Assembly (NCBI GenBank): GCA_965277405.1
Contig: OZ255726.1
Location: 1,216,001-1,280,000 of the forward strand
Direction of reading: 5' to 3'
Source of the DNA: Gammaproteobacteria bacterium
Lineage (GTDB): Bacteria > Pseudomonadota > Gammaproteobacteria > G965277405
DNA: 64,000 bases
Part shown: one piece after another, positions 44,326 through 58,126 of the stretch
Layout of the letters: every line of letters begins with the position of its first letter
Numbering within the stretch: the stretch's first letter is position 1
Made by a program: the position numbers and the translations under genes
The notes under the pieces: model-generated
Told to the model about the DNA's origin: nothing
Database searches by the model: none
Seen by the model: the letters and a program-made list of their open reading frames with translations, nothing else

Positions 44326-46638
44326 TCATAACGAACTATACTTTTTTCTCAAGCGTTGCCGCACAACTTCCGCAACAGTATTCAGCGCAAAAGTCAGCAC
44401 TAACAGCACCAATCCCGATAAAAACAAGATGCGATAGTGGGTACTCCCAAGCGCAGACTCTGGCATTTCTACAGCAATGTTTGCCGAGAGTGTTCTCATC
44501 CCGCTAAACATATTAAAATCCATAATTGGGGTGTTTCCTGTCGCCATCAGCACAATCATTGTTTCGCCTACTGCGCGACCAAGACCGATCATAACAGCAG
44601 AAAATAACGCAGGGCTCGCCGTAGGTAACACCACCCCTATCATCGACTGCCAACGCGTTGCTCCAAGTGCTAATGAGCCATTAACAAGATGTTTTGGCAC
44701 AGCAAATACTGCGTCTTCGGTGATCGAGAATATTGTTGGGATAACTGCAAACCCCATTGCAAGACCAACTATAAGTGCATTTCTCTGGTCAAAGTCGACC
44801 CCTAAGGCATCTGCTAGCCAGAGGATAAAATCACCACCAAAAAACACTGCTTCTAACGTACTTTGCGTTGAAAATATCAATGCCACTGCAGCTATCACCC
44901 ACGGAATCATAATGACTTCTTTGTGGTTTGCCAAGAACCCTTCTTGTTTCACCGCTCGAGCAACGACGTTATCCCATAGCCATCCACCCGCGATTATTAT
45001 TGGCAGCATCAATATTACTAACAGCAGCACCCCAAGCAACTTGTCTTCGACTATCGGTGCCAGCCATAGCCCTGCCAAAAACCCAAGAATTACTGTTGGC
45101 AGGGCTTCCATGACTTCTATTGTTGGCTTCACCCATTGACGCATATGATTCGACATAAAGAATGCTGTATATATCGCACCCATAATCGCCAAAGGCATCG
45201 CGACAAGCATTGCATACAATGCCGCTTTCATCGTCCCTATTGTCAGTGGTACGAAGCTGTATTTTGGTTCCAAGTCATTGCTTGCTGATGATGATTGCCA
45301 GACATAATCTTTTTCTGGATAACTCTCATACCAAATTGCATTCCATAAACTCGTAAAGCTAAATTCTGGATATTGATTATCTATGGCAACTGTAAACAAC
45401 TGTCCGTTGGCATCTGTTGCTACTAATGCGTCTCCTCGCGGGCTAAAATTAATATCATCAATTGCTGCATCGCTTATTTTTTCGTGCAGCAGCAACTCAC
45501 CACTTGGCGCATATATTATAGATACTGAGCCACTGGTGTCTCCAACGGCAAATACTTTGCGCGCATATTCACTGTTGAGTATTGTTGCTGCGGCATCTGT
45601 TGTTGCAAATGTACGGATGACTTGGAGTTTGTTGGCACTGCTTCCTGCCACTGGTGCGTGGAACAACTGGGCGACTACTCCATTTTCTTGAGCAACAAGT
45701 AACGATATTTTGCCAACAAGAAAATTTGCAGCGGTGATTGGTAGCAGATCAACCGTTGCGTTAATCGTAATATTCCCTATATCACGGATGTCATATTCGA
45801 TAACACTTCCTGCATTGCTGACAACATACAACCAAGATTTAAGGGCATCAATGCCGACAAAAACCACGTCTTCAGTGTTCAATCTATTAATGAATGACTG
45901 CTGTTTATCAAGCTCTAGAGTTATCGAGCCAGCAAACATCGGCTGTTGTGCGTTATAGCGTTGGACTACTATTTTCCCATTATCCAGCACAGCAACAAGC
46001 AACAATTCTCCCGCTTCAGTATGCGCGTTGACTGATGATATTGTAGCTGTATCAAACTGTATTAGCCCGTCTCCATATGGGTAGACAATACTAGGTAGTA
46101 TGGTGCGTTGTTGTGCGTCGTATACAATAGTAAATTGTATTGCAAATAATAACACTGCACCGTTGCTCAAGCCTATTGCATGCATATCTGCGTTGTCAGC
46201 GATGCGGGCATGGGAGACAATCGTACTGCCTATTGGAATTTGTAATTGCTGAGTGCTTTCTTGCACGCCAGTGACTAAGTTGCGCATCACTACGGCGCCG
46301 TCTGCGTATATGAATACTCCTTTACTGTTGTATTCATCAGTTGTCATATACACCAATTCGTTGTTGAGGCGTTCAATCGTTGTTTGCGTCTTGACACTAA
46401 TGCTAGGCTGACTCAGCAATGGTACGACAACATAGCCAAGAAAAAAAAATATCAATACTATTGCGGCAATTACGGCAAACCCACCACCTGTCACACAATA
46501 TGTCCAAAGCGTGTTAATAAAGTAGCGTTTACGCAAGCGTTTATCGGAACTGCCTGTGTATAGTGAATTTTTAACGATGGTTGTTCTCCCTATGTATGCA
46601 GCTATAATCATCATAAACCGCATCTTTATTTTGACCAA
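44326..46638 (-). CDS. pstC: Phosphate ABC transporter permease with a periplasmic beta-propeller-like domain
   Basis: WYESY...WQSSS, KPTIE.M.ALPTV and GRAVGETMI. Start uncertain (see findings). Confidence 0.92.
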   Translation of the reverse strand: MVKIKMRFMMIIAAYIGRTTIVKNSLYTGSSDKRLRKRYFINTLWTYCVTGGGFAVIAAIVLIFFFLGYVVVPLLSQPSISVKTQTTIERLNNELVYMTTDEYNSKGVFIYADGAVVMRNLVTGVQESTQQLQIPIGSTIVSHARIADNADMHAIGLSNGAVLLFAIQFTIVYDAQQRTILPSIVYPYGDGLIQFDTATISSVNAHTEAGELLLVAVLDNGKIVVQRYNAQQPMFAGSITLELDKQQSFINRLNTEDVVFVGIDALKSWLYVVSNAGSVIEYDIRDIGNITINATVDLLPITAANFLVGKISLLVAQENGVVAQLFHAPVAGSSANKLQVIRTFATTDAAATILNSEYARKVFAVGDTSGSVSIIYAPSGELLLHEKISDAAIDDINFSPRGDALVATDANGQLFTVAIDNQYPEFSFTSLWNAIWYESYPEKDYVWQSSSASNDLEPKYSFVPLTIGTMKAALYAMLVAMPLAIMGAIYTAFFMSNHMRQWVKPTIEVMEALPTVILGFLAGLWLAPIVEDKLLGVLLLVILMLPIIIAGGWLWDNVVARAVKQEGFLANHKEVIMIPWVIAAVALIFSTQSTLEAVFFGGDFILWLADALGVDFDQRNALIVGLAMGFAVIPTIFSITEDAVFAVPKHLVNGSLALGATRWQSMIGVVLPTASPALFSAVMIGLGRAVGETMIVLMATGNTPIMDFNMFSGMRTLSANIAVEMPESALGSTHYRILFLSGLVLLVLTFALNTVAEVVRQRLRKKYSSL

Positions 46639-46696
46639 AATATGAACGTTTACGTTAATTATTCAATATTTTTTTATTTTGATATGTGTTGATGGC

Positions 46697-46735
46697 AAAA
46701 AAAAACCCGCCTGTGAATTTCACAAGCGGGTTTTT
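46697..46735 (-). terminator. Rho-independent terminator after the 5S gene
   Basis: AAAAACCCGC...GCGGGTTTTT stem followed by a T9 tract on the minus strand. Confidence 0.85.
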
Positions 46736-46742
46736 AAATAAA

Positions 46743-46860
46743 GCCTGACAATGTCCTATTCTCACATGGGGAAGCCCCACACTACCATTGGCGATACAAC
46801 GTTTCACTTCTGAGTTCGGTATGGATTCAGGTGGTTCCATTGCTCTGTGTTCGTCAGGCA
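46743..46860 (-). rRNA. rrf: 5S rRNA
   Basis: CCATACCGAACTCAGAAGTGAAACG and GGTAGTGTGGGG..CCCCATGTGAGA. Confidence 0.97.
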
Positions 46861-46937
46861 ATCTGTATACGCTATTGCGTAAATTCTGTTATATGCAAAG
46901 AAATAGTTAGTTCATCAATAAGTTTTTGGCGTTATAT

Positions 46938-49810
<2,873 letters not shown>

Positions 49811-49955
49811 TATAACCCAAAAACTTATTGTGTTATGATCACGCCAACACGCGCTTGTTGTGAACTAAACTATTTCTAAATTGTGCAATAACATCTAAAC
49901 CAAGGTTTAGAAATCAAACGACACCATGAATATCGTTTGATTTATAAACCCTTGT

Positions 49956-50031
49956 TGGTGGAGCTACGCGGGATCGAACCGCGGACCTCCTGGATGCAAA
50001 CCAGGCGCTCTCCCAGCTGAGCTATAGCCCC
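49956..50031 (-). tRNA. tRNA-Ala(TGC)
   Basis: GGGGCTATAGCTCAGCTGGGAGAGCG..TTGCA..GTTCGATCC..CTCCACCA, 76 nt. Confidence 0.98.
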
Positions 50032-50084
50032 TTAGCGACTTTCAATCTTGTTTCAAGATTATGCCTAGATACCGTATCCATATA

Positions 50085-50161
<77 letters not shown>

Positions 50162-50230
50162 ATTGGGTCAGTCGCCTTACGTTTTGCAGTGCTTCTTTCA
50201 TCACTTAAAACACAGGTGAGCCACAACATG

Positions 50231-50266
50231 GATGGCGGATTATAGGAATGAGTTGGCAACGGTCAA
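50231..50266 (-). promoter_or_regulatory. Stable-RNA-type sigma70 promoter for the tRNA-23S-5S unit
   Basis: TTGACC (50266-50261), 16-bp spacer, TATAAT (50244-50239), GC-rich discriminator CCGCCA and an AT-rich upstream tract. Confidence 0.8.
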
Positions 50267-50300
50267 CAGTTAAAATAACTATTTCAACTAAATCATCACC

Positions 50301-50900
50301 CTATGAATTTTTTTCGCTGTCTGGCTCTACCTTGTCCCATTGCCATTGGCGCAATAACATTTTTATTTTGATATTCTGATGTGTGTTGGTTATATATATT
50401 CGCGCAGGAAGTAATATGTTGTTTATCGTTCGCCTTTCAGCAATTTCAACGGTCACCCCATCATACGTATATGTTTGCAGCAACTTGTTTGCGGCGTATG
50501 CAACTGTTGTTTCATCATTTTGTGTTATTGCAACGCCAAGCAATAGCAATTTGAGCGTTTTCCATGGTATCGCCACGTGTAAGTTATCAATCACCCATTG
50601 ATCAACTGGCTGCGTCCGCACCTCTTTCCCAACAGTGAGCCGTGCTTGATTCCCTGTTGCTACCATTTTCAGCAAAACATTACCAAATGCGTCAAAAGAC
50701 CATATTGATGTTTGTTTGCGATTATTATGTATATGCATATCAAGGTGATACATGGATGTTGGCGTATTGATTTGCACCCTCATCTTCACCTGCCAATCAG
50801 TAATATCAGCAATGTTGGCATCTTGCAAACCCAGCGGCTGCAGTGCCGCGCAGGAGCTTAACAACACCATCATCACTAAACTTAATAAGCTGCGTTTCAT
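50301..50900 (-). CDS. lolB: Outer-membrane lipoprotein, LolB-like (divergent)
   Basis: Lipobox LSSC; L..IPW..L..LLLG and C-terminal LP..I.I....IKM.LRQW pattern. Confidence 0.65.
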   Translation of the reverse strand: MKRSLLSLVMMVLLSSCAALQPLGLQDANIADITDWQVKMRVQINTPTSMYHLDMHIHNNRKQTSIWSFDAFGNVLLKMVATGNQARLTVGKEVRTQPVDQWVIDNLHVAIPWKTLKLLLLGVAITQNDETTVAYAANKLLQTYTYDGVTVEIAERRTINNILLPARIYITNTHQNIKIKMLLRQWQWDKVEPDSEKNS

Positions 50901-52429
50901 ATTCTAAAGTAATCTTCGTAAAATCCCTCAAAGCTTTGGTATTGGTGTGTTTGTTGCCGCCACAGTTCAGCTGCGTCTATATCAGAGCGTTGTGCTTTTT
51001 GCGCTAATTCAGCAAAATCAGATCGCTTGGCTATTTGCAATAGCCGTTGTTGGTGTTGGTTGCTGAGGTCGTCGATATATTCATTATGCTCAATTCTGTC
51101 GCTCATTAATTTGCTGCGCACGATATTTGCAGGTAGCATTTTAGGGTTGTTGACTTTATAGATTTGTGCTGCAACTGCATCAACAAATGTTGCCCCCATG
51201 TGTTCAGCCATTGGTAGTAGATCTTGTAAAAACCGAATACATTGTGCGGTAACAGTTTTCATTGCCAATGTGCCAGTTGCTATTCCAATAAATTGCTTGC
51301 GAATACTATGACATTCTTCGGCATTAATTCTTGGGCTGGGTGCGAACAAACAGCTATGAATAAGCAATACTAAAAAAGTAATGGTTGATTCATCAATTCC
51401 TAGTGGCAGCAAAGGGTTGACATCAATATTTCTCAATTCTATATACTCTACACCAGAATCCATTAATACTCGAACTGGTCGCACATTGCTTTGGCTATTT
51501 TTTGGTCGTATCAGGGTATAAAATTCATTTTCTATTTGCAGTAGATTCGTGCTCAACTGCGCATATTCACCGTTTTTTTTCTGCCCGATTTTCCTGTACG
51601 TGTCGACTGGCTCAGCTAATCCTTGATGCATACTAGATATATAGTCAGAGATGTCATTTAAGCATGGCTCAAAATTTGCTTGAATACTAGAGCTGTAACC
51701 CAGTGAACTCATCCTTAGACTATGTGCTGTTGCAGATACTAGCGTATGTGTATTGGTAGCACGCAGTTGTAAATTGCTTTGCCGTAATCGCGCATTATTG
51801 ATTAGGGAACGGTCAAAGCCACAAGTACTGCCAAACAGATAACCAACCAACCAACCAACGCGCCGGTAATTACGAATAATATGGAAGTACATATCATTCT
51901 TGTCATAGTTTTTTCTATTGTCTTTGAGTTGGTTGCCAACATGGAGTTGTTGTATCCATTGCGTATCAAATGAAATGTTGCAATGAATTCCAGCTATAAT
52001 TTGCATGCGTTTACCGTAGCGCACCGACAACCCTCTGCGATAGATTTCTTTCGCGCGAGCAATATATGACGGTCCGTATGACGCAATATCTATCTCATTG
52101 TCATCATCAATGCGCACGGGCATGCTCCCAGCCCATAGCTGTTCATCATATTTATTCAGGATGTATTGTACATTTGCGTGCAAATACTCTAGCCGTTCGA
52201 TGGCAGCTGTTACTGTTGAATATGGTTCTGTTACCAGCTCTAATAAACTTTCAGAAAAATCTGTAGTGATGTTTGGATGGCAGAGCTTATGGCCAAATTC
52301 GCGGGGATGGGGTGTTGTTGCCAAGCGACCAGCAGTTGTACGCAGACCTTCTTTTTCGATACCTACTTTAGATTGGGCACCATTTTTTAAAACTACCTGC
52401 CAATCAAGCTTAGGGATTGAATACAGCAC
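50897..52429 (-). CDS. gshA: Glutamate--cysteine ligase
   Basis: GIEKEGLR, ITTDFSESLLE, GIHCN.S, SLRMS.LGY, LQIENEFY..IRPK and EYIELR. Confidence 0.96.
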   Translation of the reverse strand: MLYSIPKLDWQVVLKNGAQSKVGIEKEGLRTTAGRLATTPHPREFGHKLCHPNITTDFSESLLELVTEPYSTVTAAIERLEYLHANVQYILNKYDEQLWAGSMPVRIDDDNEIDIASYGPSYIARAKEIYRRGLSVRYGKRMQIIAGIHCNISFDTQWIQQLHVGNQLKDNRKNYDKNDMYFHIIRNYRRVGWLVGYLFGSTCGFDRSLINNARLRQSNLQLRATNTHTLVSATAHSLRMSSLGYSSSIQANFEPCLNDISDYISSMHQGLAEPVDTYRKIGQKKNGEYAQLSTNLLQIENEFYTLIRPKNSQSNVRPVRVLMDSGVEYIELRNIDVNPLLPLGIDESTITFLVLLIHSCLFAPSPRINAEECHSIRKQFIGIATGTLAMKTVTAQCIRFLQDLLPMAEHMGATFVDAVAAQIYKVNNPKMLPANIVRSKLMSDRIEHNEYIDDLSNQHQQRLLQIAKRSDFAELAQKAQRSDIDAAELWRQQTHQYQSFEGFYEDYFRI

Positions 52430-52480
52430 TGTATTGCCTCAAACAACTGCAAGATTATCTCCTGCAAAGTCGATTATTAT

Positions 52481-53281
52481 TTATTGGGTAACGGCTGATT
52501 GTGCAGCAACACCAACTGACTTCTGCGTTACATTGGCTACTGGTTCCGCTGTACCGATTTCCCCTAACTGCAGTTTTGCATGGTCTGACTCTGCCACTAT
52601 ACGCACTTCAACACGGCGATTAAAACTTCTATTTGCTGGTGTATCGCTATCACGAGCGGGGTATAGGCTGCCATGAGCATATACAAAAATGCGTTCTTCT
52701 GGGACACCTTTATGTATTATATATTCCAATGTGCGCACGGCTCTACGTCCTGCTATGCGTGAATTAAACAAAGCCCTTTTATCCACTGACTCTATTTCGT
52801 TGACATTTGTATCACTATGCCCTTCTACTAAAATATATTTCACGGTAGTTATTATCGGTGTATCCATAGGTTGGGTTGCTTCGTCAAGCGTAGCTGTTGC
52901 AAAATATTCTCGAACAATGCTATCGAGCTTTAATTGCTGGACATCATTCAAATACGATGAGTCGTCAGCAAAAAATATAGTGTTGAGGTATTGCAAATCA
53001 TATTCAGCTGCAAAGGTTGTGGCTGTTGGTATCTTATCAGTTTGCCGTAAGTCTGGAACAACATCAGGATATTTCTTGCGCAGTTCATCATAGATCGCAT
53101 AACGCTTTTCTCGCTTACGCTGTGCCTGTTGTTCTTTGGATTTTAGCACCTTTAACTCTTCTGCGTGTTTCTTTTGCATATCGAGTTGTAATATTTGCCG
53201 GTCAGCTGCGGATTGAGGAAGTAACGCGCAGCTATGCATAGTTACAGTAACCATTAAAATCGCTGCTAAATATTTCACCAT
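52481..53281 (-). CDS. OmpA/Pal-like peptidoglycan-binding lipoprotein
   Basis: Signal peptide ending in Cys; coiled coil; IFF..DSS, EGHSD, RRA and NRRVEV. Confidence 0.85.
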   Translation of the reverse strand: MVKYLAAILMVTVTMHSCALLPQSAADRQILQLDMQKKHAEELKVLKSKEQQAQRKREKRYAIYDELRKKYPDVVPDLRQTDKIPTATTFAAEYDLQYLNTIFFADDSSYLNDVQQLKLDSIVREYFATATLDEATQPMDTPIITTVKYILVEGHSDTNVNEIESVDKRALFNSRIAGRRAVRTLEYIIHKGVPEERIFVYAHGSLYPARDSDTPANRSFNRRVEVRIVAESDHAKLQLGEIGTAEPVANVTQKSVGVAAQSAVTQ

Positions 53282-53304
53282 CTACGTATTTTTCCAACAC
53301 CACA

Positions 53305-54555
53305 CTATTGCACAAGCACGACTGCTCTTCTGTTCAATGCGCGTTCAACACGGGTCTTACTGGCATTTTTACGATGCTTATCTCCATCCCACTGTAAAAT
53401 CATTGTGTCTGGATTTACACCTTTTCGCGTCAAATATTTTTGGATGGCGACCGCGCGTTTCGCTGAAATTGCACGATTAAACCGCAGTCGTTCAATTTTG
53501 TCATAAATGAAATCATTACTGTCGCTATACCCAGTAATCGTGATGCGCGGGTCTGCTCCGCTAGTTGTAATGCTTTGCACAATTACAGCTAACTTTTGCT
53601 GTTGCACATCATTCAGGTATGAGCTGTATGAATCAAAATATATCGTGTCTGCTTTATCAACATCATACAATGGCGCAAGTTCCGCAGCACTTGGATATAA
53701 GATTGGCTGGCGCTTACTCCGCCTATCACCGTCTATACCGAAACCGTCTACTGTAACATCGTTTTCTATTACTATCTGTCCACCAGCAGGGCTTTTAGCT
53801 CCCAACATATACTCAAGAATCAAACTTAAATACCGGTCTGAGAAGAAATCGACAGGAGTGCTTTTATTATTTGTATCGCGGCGCAATGCAAATTCAGCGC
53901 GTATCCGTATATCTCCGTTTTGCAAAAACTTTACCTGCTGTGGGTCATACATCACCCCAGCACCAAAATTGATATTAAGCGATACCGTCTCGCCAGTGGC
54001 AACGGTTGTATCTGCGGCACCAAATTGTTCTGTCAAATCAAATGTTGTCGCAACAAGGCCAAAGCCGGCTTTCACATATGGAATAATTCCGTGCTTGCGC
54101 ACTAAATTAACTCGCACATTCGCAACAGCTGAAATTATTCGATACGATAAATGACCTGAGGAATTTGTTAAAGCGACGAAATGTCCTTCAAAATCAACTG
54201 TGTACCTAGCACCGAAGTCACGACCGACAAAACCGCTATACCCTAGCCGTGTAGTTGAGCTTGGAACCGGTCCTTCAACTAATCTATTCGGGTCCGATGT
54301 AACAGAGCTTATACCTAAACCAATAAACCAACGATCGCTGCGCTGGAATTCTGAGTCTCCTAGGGTTATACTGGTAATGCGTTGATTATCCTGCAAGTTC
54401 AATTCGCTTAAACTGTCTATAGTACGAACTGTGTCCGTAGAGCTTGCAGCATTGTTGCCAGGAATAATCTCGTCAGCGGCGTATATACTATCTGCACAAA
54501 ACAGCAGCGCTATTATAAAAATACGGTGTCTGGCCGGCAAAAATCGGATTGCCAT
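53305..54555 (-). CDS. OmpA-family outer membrane protein (beta-barrel plus OmpA_C domain)
   Basis: PYVKAGFG, NFGAGV.Y and IRAEF strands; IYFD..SS, GYSD, KRA and NRRAV. Confidence 0.85.
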   Translation of the reverse strand: MAIRFLPARHRIFIIALLFCADSIYAADEIIPGNNAASSTDTVRTIDSLSELNLQDNQRITSITLGDSEFQRSDRWFIGLGISSVTSDPNRLVEGPVPSSTTRLGYSGFVGRDFGARYTVDFEGHFVALTNSSGHLSYRIISAVANVRVNLVRKHGIIPYVKAGFGLVATTFDLTEQFGAADTTVATGETVSLNINFGAGVMYDPQQVKFLQNGDIRIRAEFALRRDTNNKSTPVDFFSDRYLSLILEYMLGAKSPAGGQIVIENDVTVDGFGIDGDRRSKRQPILYPSAAELAPLYDVDKADTIYFDSYSSYLNDVQQQKLAVIVQSITTSGADPRITITGYSDSNDFIYDKIERLRFNRAISAKRAVAIQKYLTRKGVNPDTMILQWDGDKHRKNASKTRVERALNRRAVVLVQ

Positions 54556-54641
54556 ATTTCACGAATTATATCAAGTGTGAGAACAAGTAAATACAATGGT
54601 TATTGTTGGTATTCAAGCCAAAAAATTCTTACATTATTTAG

Positions 54642-54674
54642 GGGAGCTCTGATTAAGTCCAAGGTGGAGACTCC
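54642..54674. mobile_element. 33-bp IS5/MITE scar
   Basis: GGGAGCTCTGATTAAGTCC...GAGACTCC flanked by TTAG direct repeats (54638-54641, 54675-54678). Confidence 0.75.
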
Positions 54675-54739
54675 TTAGGTTATATTACCACAACTTATTA
54701 TCAAATGTCGACCAAACAACGCACCAAACAGCCAACGAT

Positions 54740-55225
54740 ATGAATAAAGCCAACTACCGCGTTGCGATTGTCGTATCACAATTCCATGAAGAGATCGCTT
54801 GCAACCTGTTAAATGGTGCGCTTGCAACGTTGCATGAGCTCGGGGTTAATAACTCGCGCATATCTACTTTCAAAGTTCCTGGTGCTATGGAAATTCCTTT
54901 TGCCTGCTTACAGGCAATCCAAAAACACAAACCACACGGCATTATTACGCTAGGTTGTGTCATGCAAGGAAAAACCCCACACTTTACTTTTGTTTGTAAT
55001 AGCGTAACTCAGAGCATAATGAATCTATCACTCAATCATAATATTCCTATTACTTTTGGAGTATTGACTACCAACACATATCAACAAGCAATGCAGCGAT
55101 CTGACCCAACGCTAAATCCGTCCTCACATCTCACAGACCATCGTCGTAGTGCTACTTCTAACAAAGGTATTGATGCGGCAATGTCGTTGTGGGATATGCT
55201 CCATTTAAGCAATTACTCCGAATAA
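54740..55225 (+). CDS. ribH: 6,7-dimethyl-8-ribityllumazine synthase
   Basis: VPGAMEIP, LGCV..G.T.HF, FGVLT and NKG. Confidence 0.95.
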   Translation: MNKANYRVAIVVSQFHEEIACNLLNGALATLHELGVNNSRISTFKVPGAMEIPFACLQAIQKHKPHGIITLGCVMQGKTPHFTFVCNSVTQSIMNLSLNHNIPITFGVLTTNTYQQAMQRSDPTLNPSSHLTDHRRSATSNKGIDAAMSLWDMLHLSNYSE

Positions 55226-55226
55226 C

Positions 55227-55652
55227 ATGGCTTCTTTTTTAACGCGCCGCCACAATGCTCGCATCATTATTATTCAATGTTTGTATCAATGGTTTCTTAC
55301 AAAAAATGAGATGTCAGATGTCATTGCACAACGCATCAGCACAGTCAATGTAACGAAGACCGACATTAAATTTGTAGCAGACACATTACGAATTATTGAT
55401 TGCGATAGCATAGATTCCTTTGCCTACATAGATAGTTTCTTAAACAAACCATTCACTACATTTGAACCAATAGAAAAAGCTGTATTCCTGTTGGCACTAG
55501 TTGAAATCCAGCATAGTCCTGAAACGCCATTTAAAGTAGTTATCAGTGAAGCGCTAGGCTTGCTGAACACCTTCAACTACCAGCACAGTATTAAAATAGT
55601 TAATGCGGTTTTAGATAATATCGCAAAAAAGTTACGCGTTCATGAACAATAA
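55227..55652 (+). CDS. nusB: Transcription antitermination factor (divergent)
   Basis: RR.AR...Q.LYQW, P.KVVI.EA and VNAVLD; follows ribH. Confidence 0.9.
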   Translation: MASFLTRRHNARIIIIQCLYQWFLTKNEMSDVIAQRISTVNVTKTDIKFVADTLRIIDCDSIDSFAYIDSFLNKPFTTFEPIEKAVFLLALVEIQHSPETPFKVVISEALGLLNTFNYQHSIKIVNAVLDNIAKKLRVHEQ

Positions 55653-56121
55653 ATATGGTCCGATAGCATGCATCCTTACATGCGGTTATCTGGGCTATAG
55701 TAAATACGCTCCAGGGACTATTGCATCAGCCGTACTGACAGGCATATATATTTTATTACCAAGTACAACTACTATAATACACCACCTCTGCATTGTGCTG
55801 GCAATCGGCATTGTCGGCTACGCTGCCGCATTTATTGCCGAACGCGCACAGATATTTATCTTCGCCGCAGATCCAAAGCAGATTGTTATCGATGAATGGC
55901 TAGGAATGTCTATTGCTCTGATTGGCATCCATCAGTTGCTGCCAACGCTCGTTGCTTTTGTTGTTTTTCGTTGTTGCGACATCCGCAAACCGCTGATAAT
56001 TGGTTGGGTAGACCGCAACATTAAAGGCATACATGGCGTAATGCTTGACGATGGTATCGCAGGCTGTGTTGCCCTTGCCGCCGCCCACCTCATCCAAAGC
56101 AACCTGCCTGAGTTGCTATAG
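55642..56121 (+). CDS. pgpA: Phosphatidylglycerophosphatase A
   Basis: APGT, DP..IVIDEW.G, FR..DI.KP and GVMLDD..AG. Confidence 0.93.
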   Translation: MNNKYGPIACILTCGYLGYSKYAPGTIASAVLTGIYILLPSTTTIIHHLCIVLAIGIVGYAAAFIAERAQIFIFAADPKQIVIDEWLGMSIALIGIHQLLPTLVAFVVFRCCDIRKPLIIGWVDRNIKGIHGVMLDDGIAGCVALAAAHLIQSNLPELL

Positions 56122-57489
56122 AATATATCTACTCAAATCTTCATCAACTGATATTTCTTCGAGTTGCTCGCGCACATACGCCACGTCGACCGCAACAGCA
56201 TTAGAACCAGTAGTACTCTGATAGCTATCGGCTGCAAACGATACCGATTCCAGCAACTTCTCCATCAGTGTATGGAGGCGCCTTGCACCAATATTTTCTA
56301 CTCTTTCATTTATAGCAAAAGCTATTTCTGCTATTTCGCGTACCGCTTCATCACTAAACTCAAGCTGCAAGCCTTCTGTGGAGAGTAATTCTTTATACTG
56401 CTTAGTCAGCGAAAAATCTGGCTCTGTAAGAATTCTTTCAAAGTCATCTGGCATTAACGGTTTTAACTCAACACGAATTGGCAGCCTTCCTTGCAGCTCT
56501 GGAATTAAATCTGATGGTTTGCTCATTTGAAATGCCCCAGAGGCAATAAACAAAATATGATCAGTGTGTACCATTCCATATTTTGTCGTCACCACCGAAC
56601 CTTCAATCAACGGCAGCAAATCTCGCTGCACCCCTTCTCGTGATACTTGGGCACTGCTGCGGTCATGCCCACCAGCAATTTTGTCAATTTCATCAAGGAA
56701 TACAATCCCATTTTGTTCAGCCTGTTGGAGCGCAATATGTTTAATTTCGTCTTCATCCAACAAGTTGATAGCTTCTTCGTCTTGCAATGCTTTGAGCGAG
56801 TCTTTCACCAGCATCGTCCGTTCGTTAGTTTTTTTCGCATGCAGCGACGAGAACATTTTTTGAAACTGCCCGGACATTTCCTCCATACCTGGAGGCAACA
56901 TCACTTCAATATTCACAGGAGATTGACTCAACTCAACAGTAATCTCACGATCATCAAAACCACCTTCGCGGAGTTTTTTTCGCATAATCTGCCGCGTATT
57001 CGTGTCATCAGTTTTTTTCCAAACATCAGCTGTGTCAGTTGGTTCTGCAGGTCGCAACAAGATGTCTAACACACGATCTTCAGCAAGCTGCTCAGCTTCA
57101 TCAGTCACTTGCAACAATGCATTTGCTCGCGCATTTTTCATCGCAATGTCAACAAGGTCTTTGATAATAGAATCAACCTCACGCCCAACATAGCCAACCT
57201 CAGTAAATTTTGTAGCTTCAACTTTAAGAAATGGAGCTCCAGAAAGTTTTGCTAATCGTCTGGCTATTTCTGTTTTCCCCACACCAGTAGGCCCAATCAT
57301 TAATATGTTTTTTGGGCTTATTTCATTAGCCATAGTCTCGTCAAGCTGCATTCTTCGCCAACGGTTACGCAAAGCAATGGCGACTGATCTTTTTGCCTCT
57401 GGTTGACCAATAATGTACTTATCTAACTCTGCTACAATTTGCCTTGGAGTTAAATGTGCGTCAAGAGAAGCTGGTAGTTGTTTGTTCAT
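56116..57489 (-). CDS. hslU: HslUV protease ATPase subunit
   Basis: [18 protein letters not shown] and DEDLSRYIL. Confidence 0.98.
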   Translation of the reverse strand: MNKQLPASLDAHLTPRQIVAELDKYIIGQPEAKRSVAIALRNRWRRMQLDETMANEISPKNILMIGPTGVGKTEIARRLAKLSGAPFLKVEATKFTEVGYVGREVDSIIKDLVDIAMKNARANALLQVTDEAEQLAEDRVLDILLRPAEPTDTADVWKKTDDTNTRQIMRKKLREGGFDDREITVELSQSPVNIEVMLPPGMEEMSGQFQKMFSSLHAKKTNERTMLVKDSLKALQDEEAINLLDEDEIKHIALQQAEQNGIVFLDEIDKIAGGHDRSSAQVSREGVQRDLLPLIEGSVVTTKYGMVHTDHILFIASGAFQMSKPSDLIPELQGRLPIRVELKPLMPDDFERILTEPDFSLTKQYKELLSTEGLQLEFSDEAVREIAEIAFAINERVENIGARRLHTLMEKLLESVSFAADSYQSTTGSNAVAVDVAYVREQLEEISVDEDLSRYIL

Positions 57490-58031
57490 TGTGCTAAGTC
57501 TAGTTGTTCTATTATCACGTTATGGTTGGTGTAGATACACAAATCAGCGGCGATGGACATCGATTTTTCTATAATTTGAGTAGAACTCATAGCGGTGTTT
57601 TCTAATAATCCGCGAGCTGCCGAATGTGCAAAAGAGCCGCCAGAGCCAATCGCAATCAAGCCGTTTTCTGGCTCAACAACATCGCCATTTCCTGTAATAA
57701 TGAATGAATTATCCGCATCGGCAATGGCAAGCATTGCTTCAAGTTTGCGTAAATATTTATCACCGCGCCAGTCCTTAGCCATTTCAACTGCACTGCGCAC
57801 CAGGTTACCTTGGTGCTTTTCAAGCTTGGCTTCAAACCGTTCAAACAAGGTAAACGCATCGGCAGTACCTCCAGCAAATCCTCCAAGAATCCGGTCTTTA
57901 TAAAATTTTCGCACTTTACGTACATTACCTTTCATGACGATGTTTCCAAATGTCACTTGACCATCACCACCAATAGCAACTTGATTTGGTCGTCGTACAC
58001 AGAGGATTGTTGTTCCACGGAACTGTTCCAT
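57486..58031 (-). CDS. hslV: HslUV protease peptidase subunit
   Basis: TTIL..GDGQVT, GFAG..AD and IGSGG. Confidence 0.98.
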   Translation of the reverse strand: MEQFRGTTILCVRRPNQVAIGGDGQVTFGNIVMKGNVRKVRKFYKDRILGGFAGGTADAFTLFERFEAKLEKHQGNLVRSAVEMAKDWRGDKYLRKLEAMLAIADADNSFIITGNGDVVEPENGLIAIGSGGSFAHSAARGLLENTAMSSTQIIEKSMSIAADLCIYTNHNVIIEQLDLAQ

Positions 58032-58126
58032 ATAGCTGTTATATCAATGTAGTAAATTGATCCAAATTAAAGATGGGTGTTGTATGGGTACACAGCTCCA
58101 ATGTTCAAGAACAACTCTTACGGGAA

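Noticed and set aside
49896-49955. Long hairpin between tRNA-Ala and 23S
   Set aside because: Consistent with an ordinary rRNA spacer processing structure.
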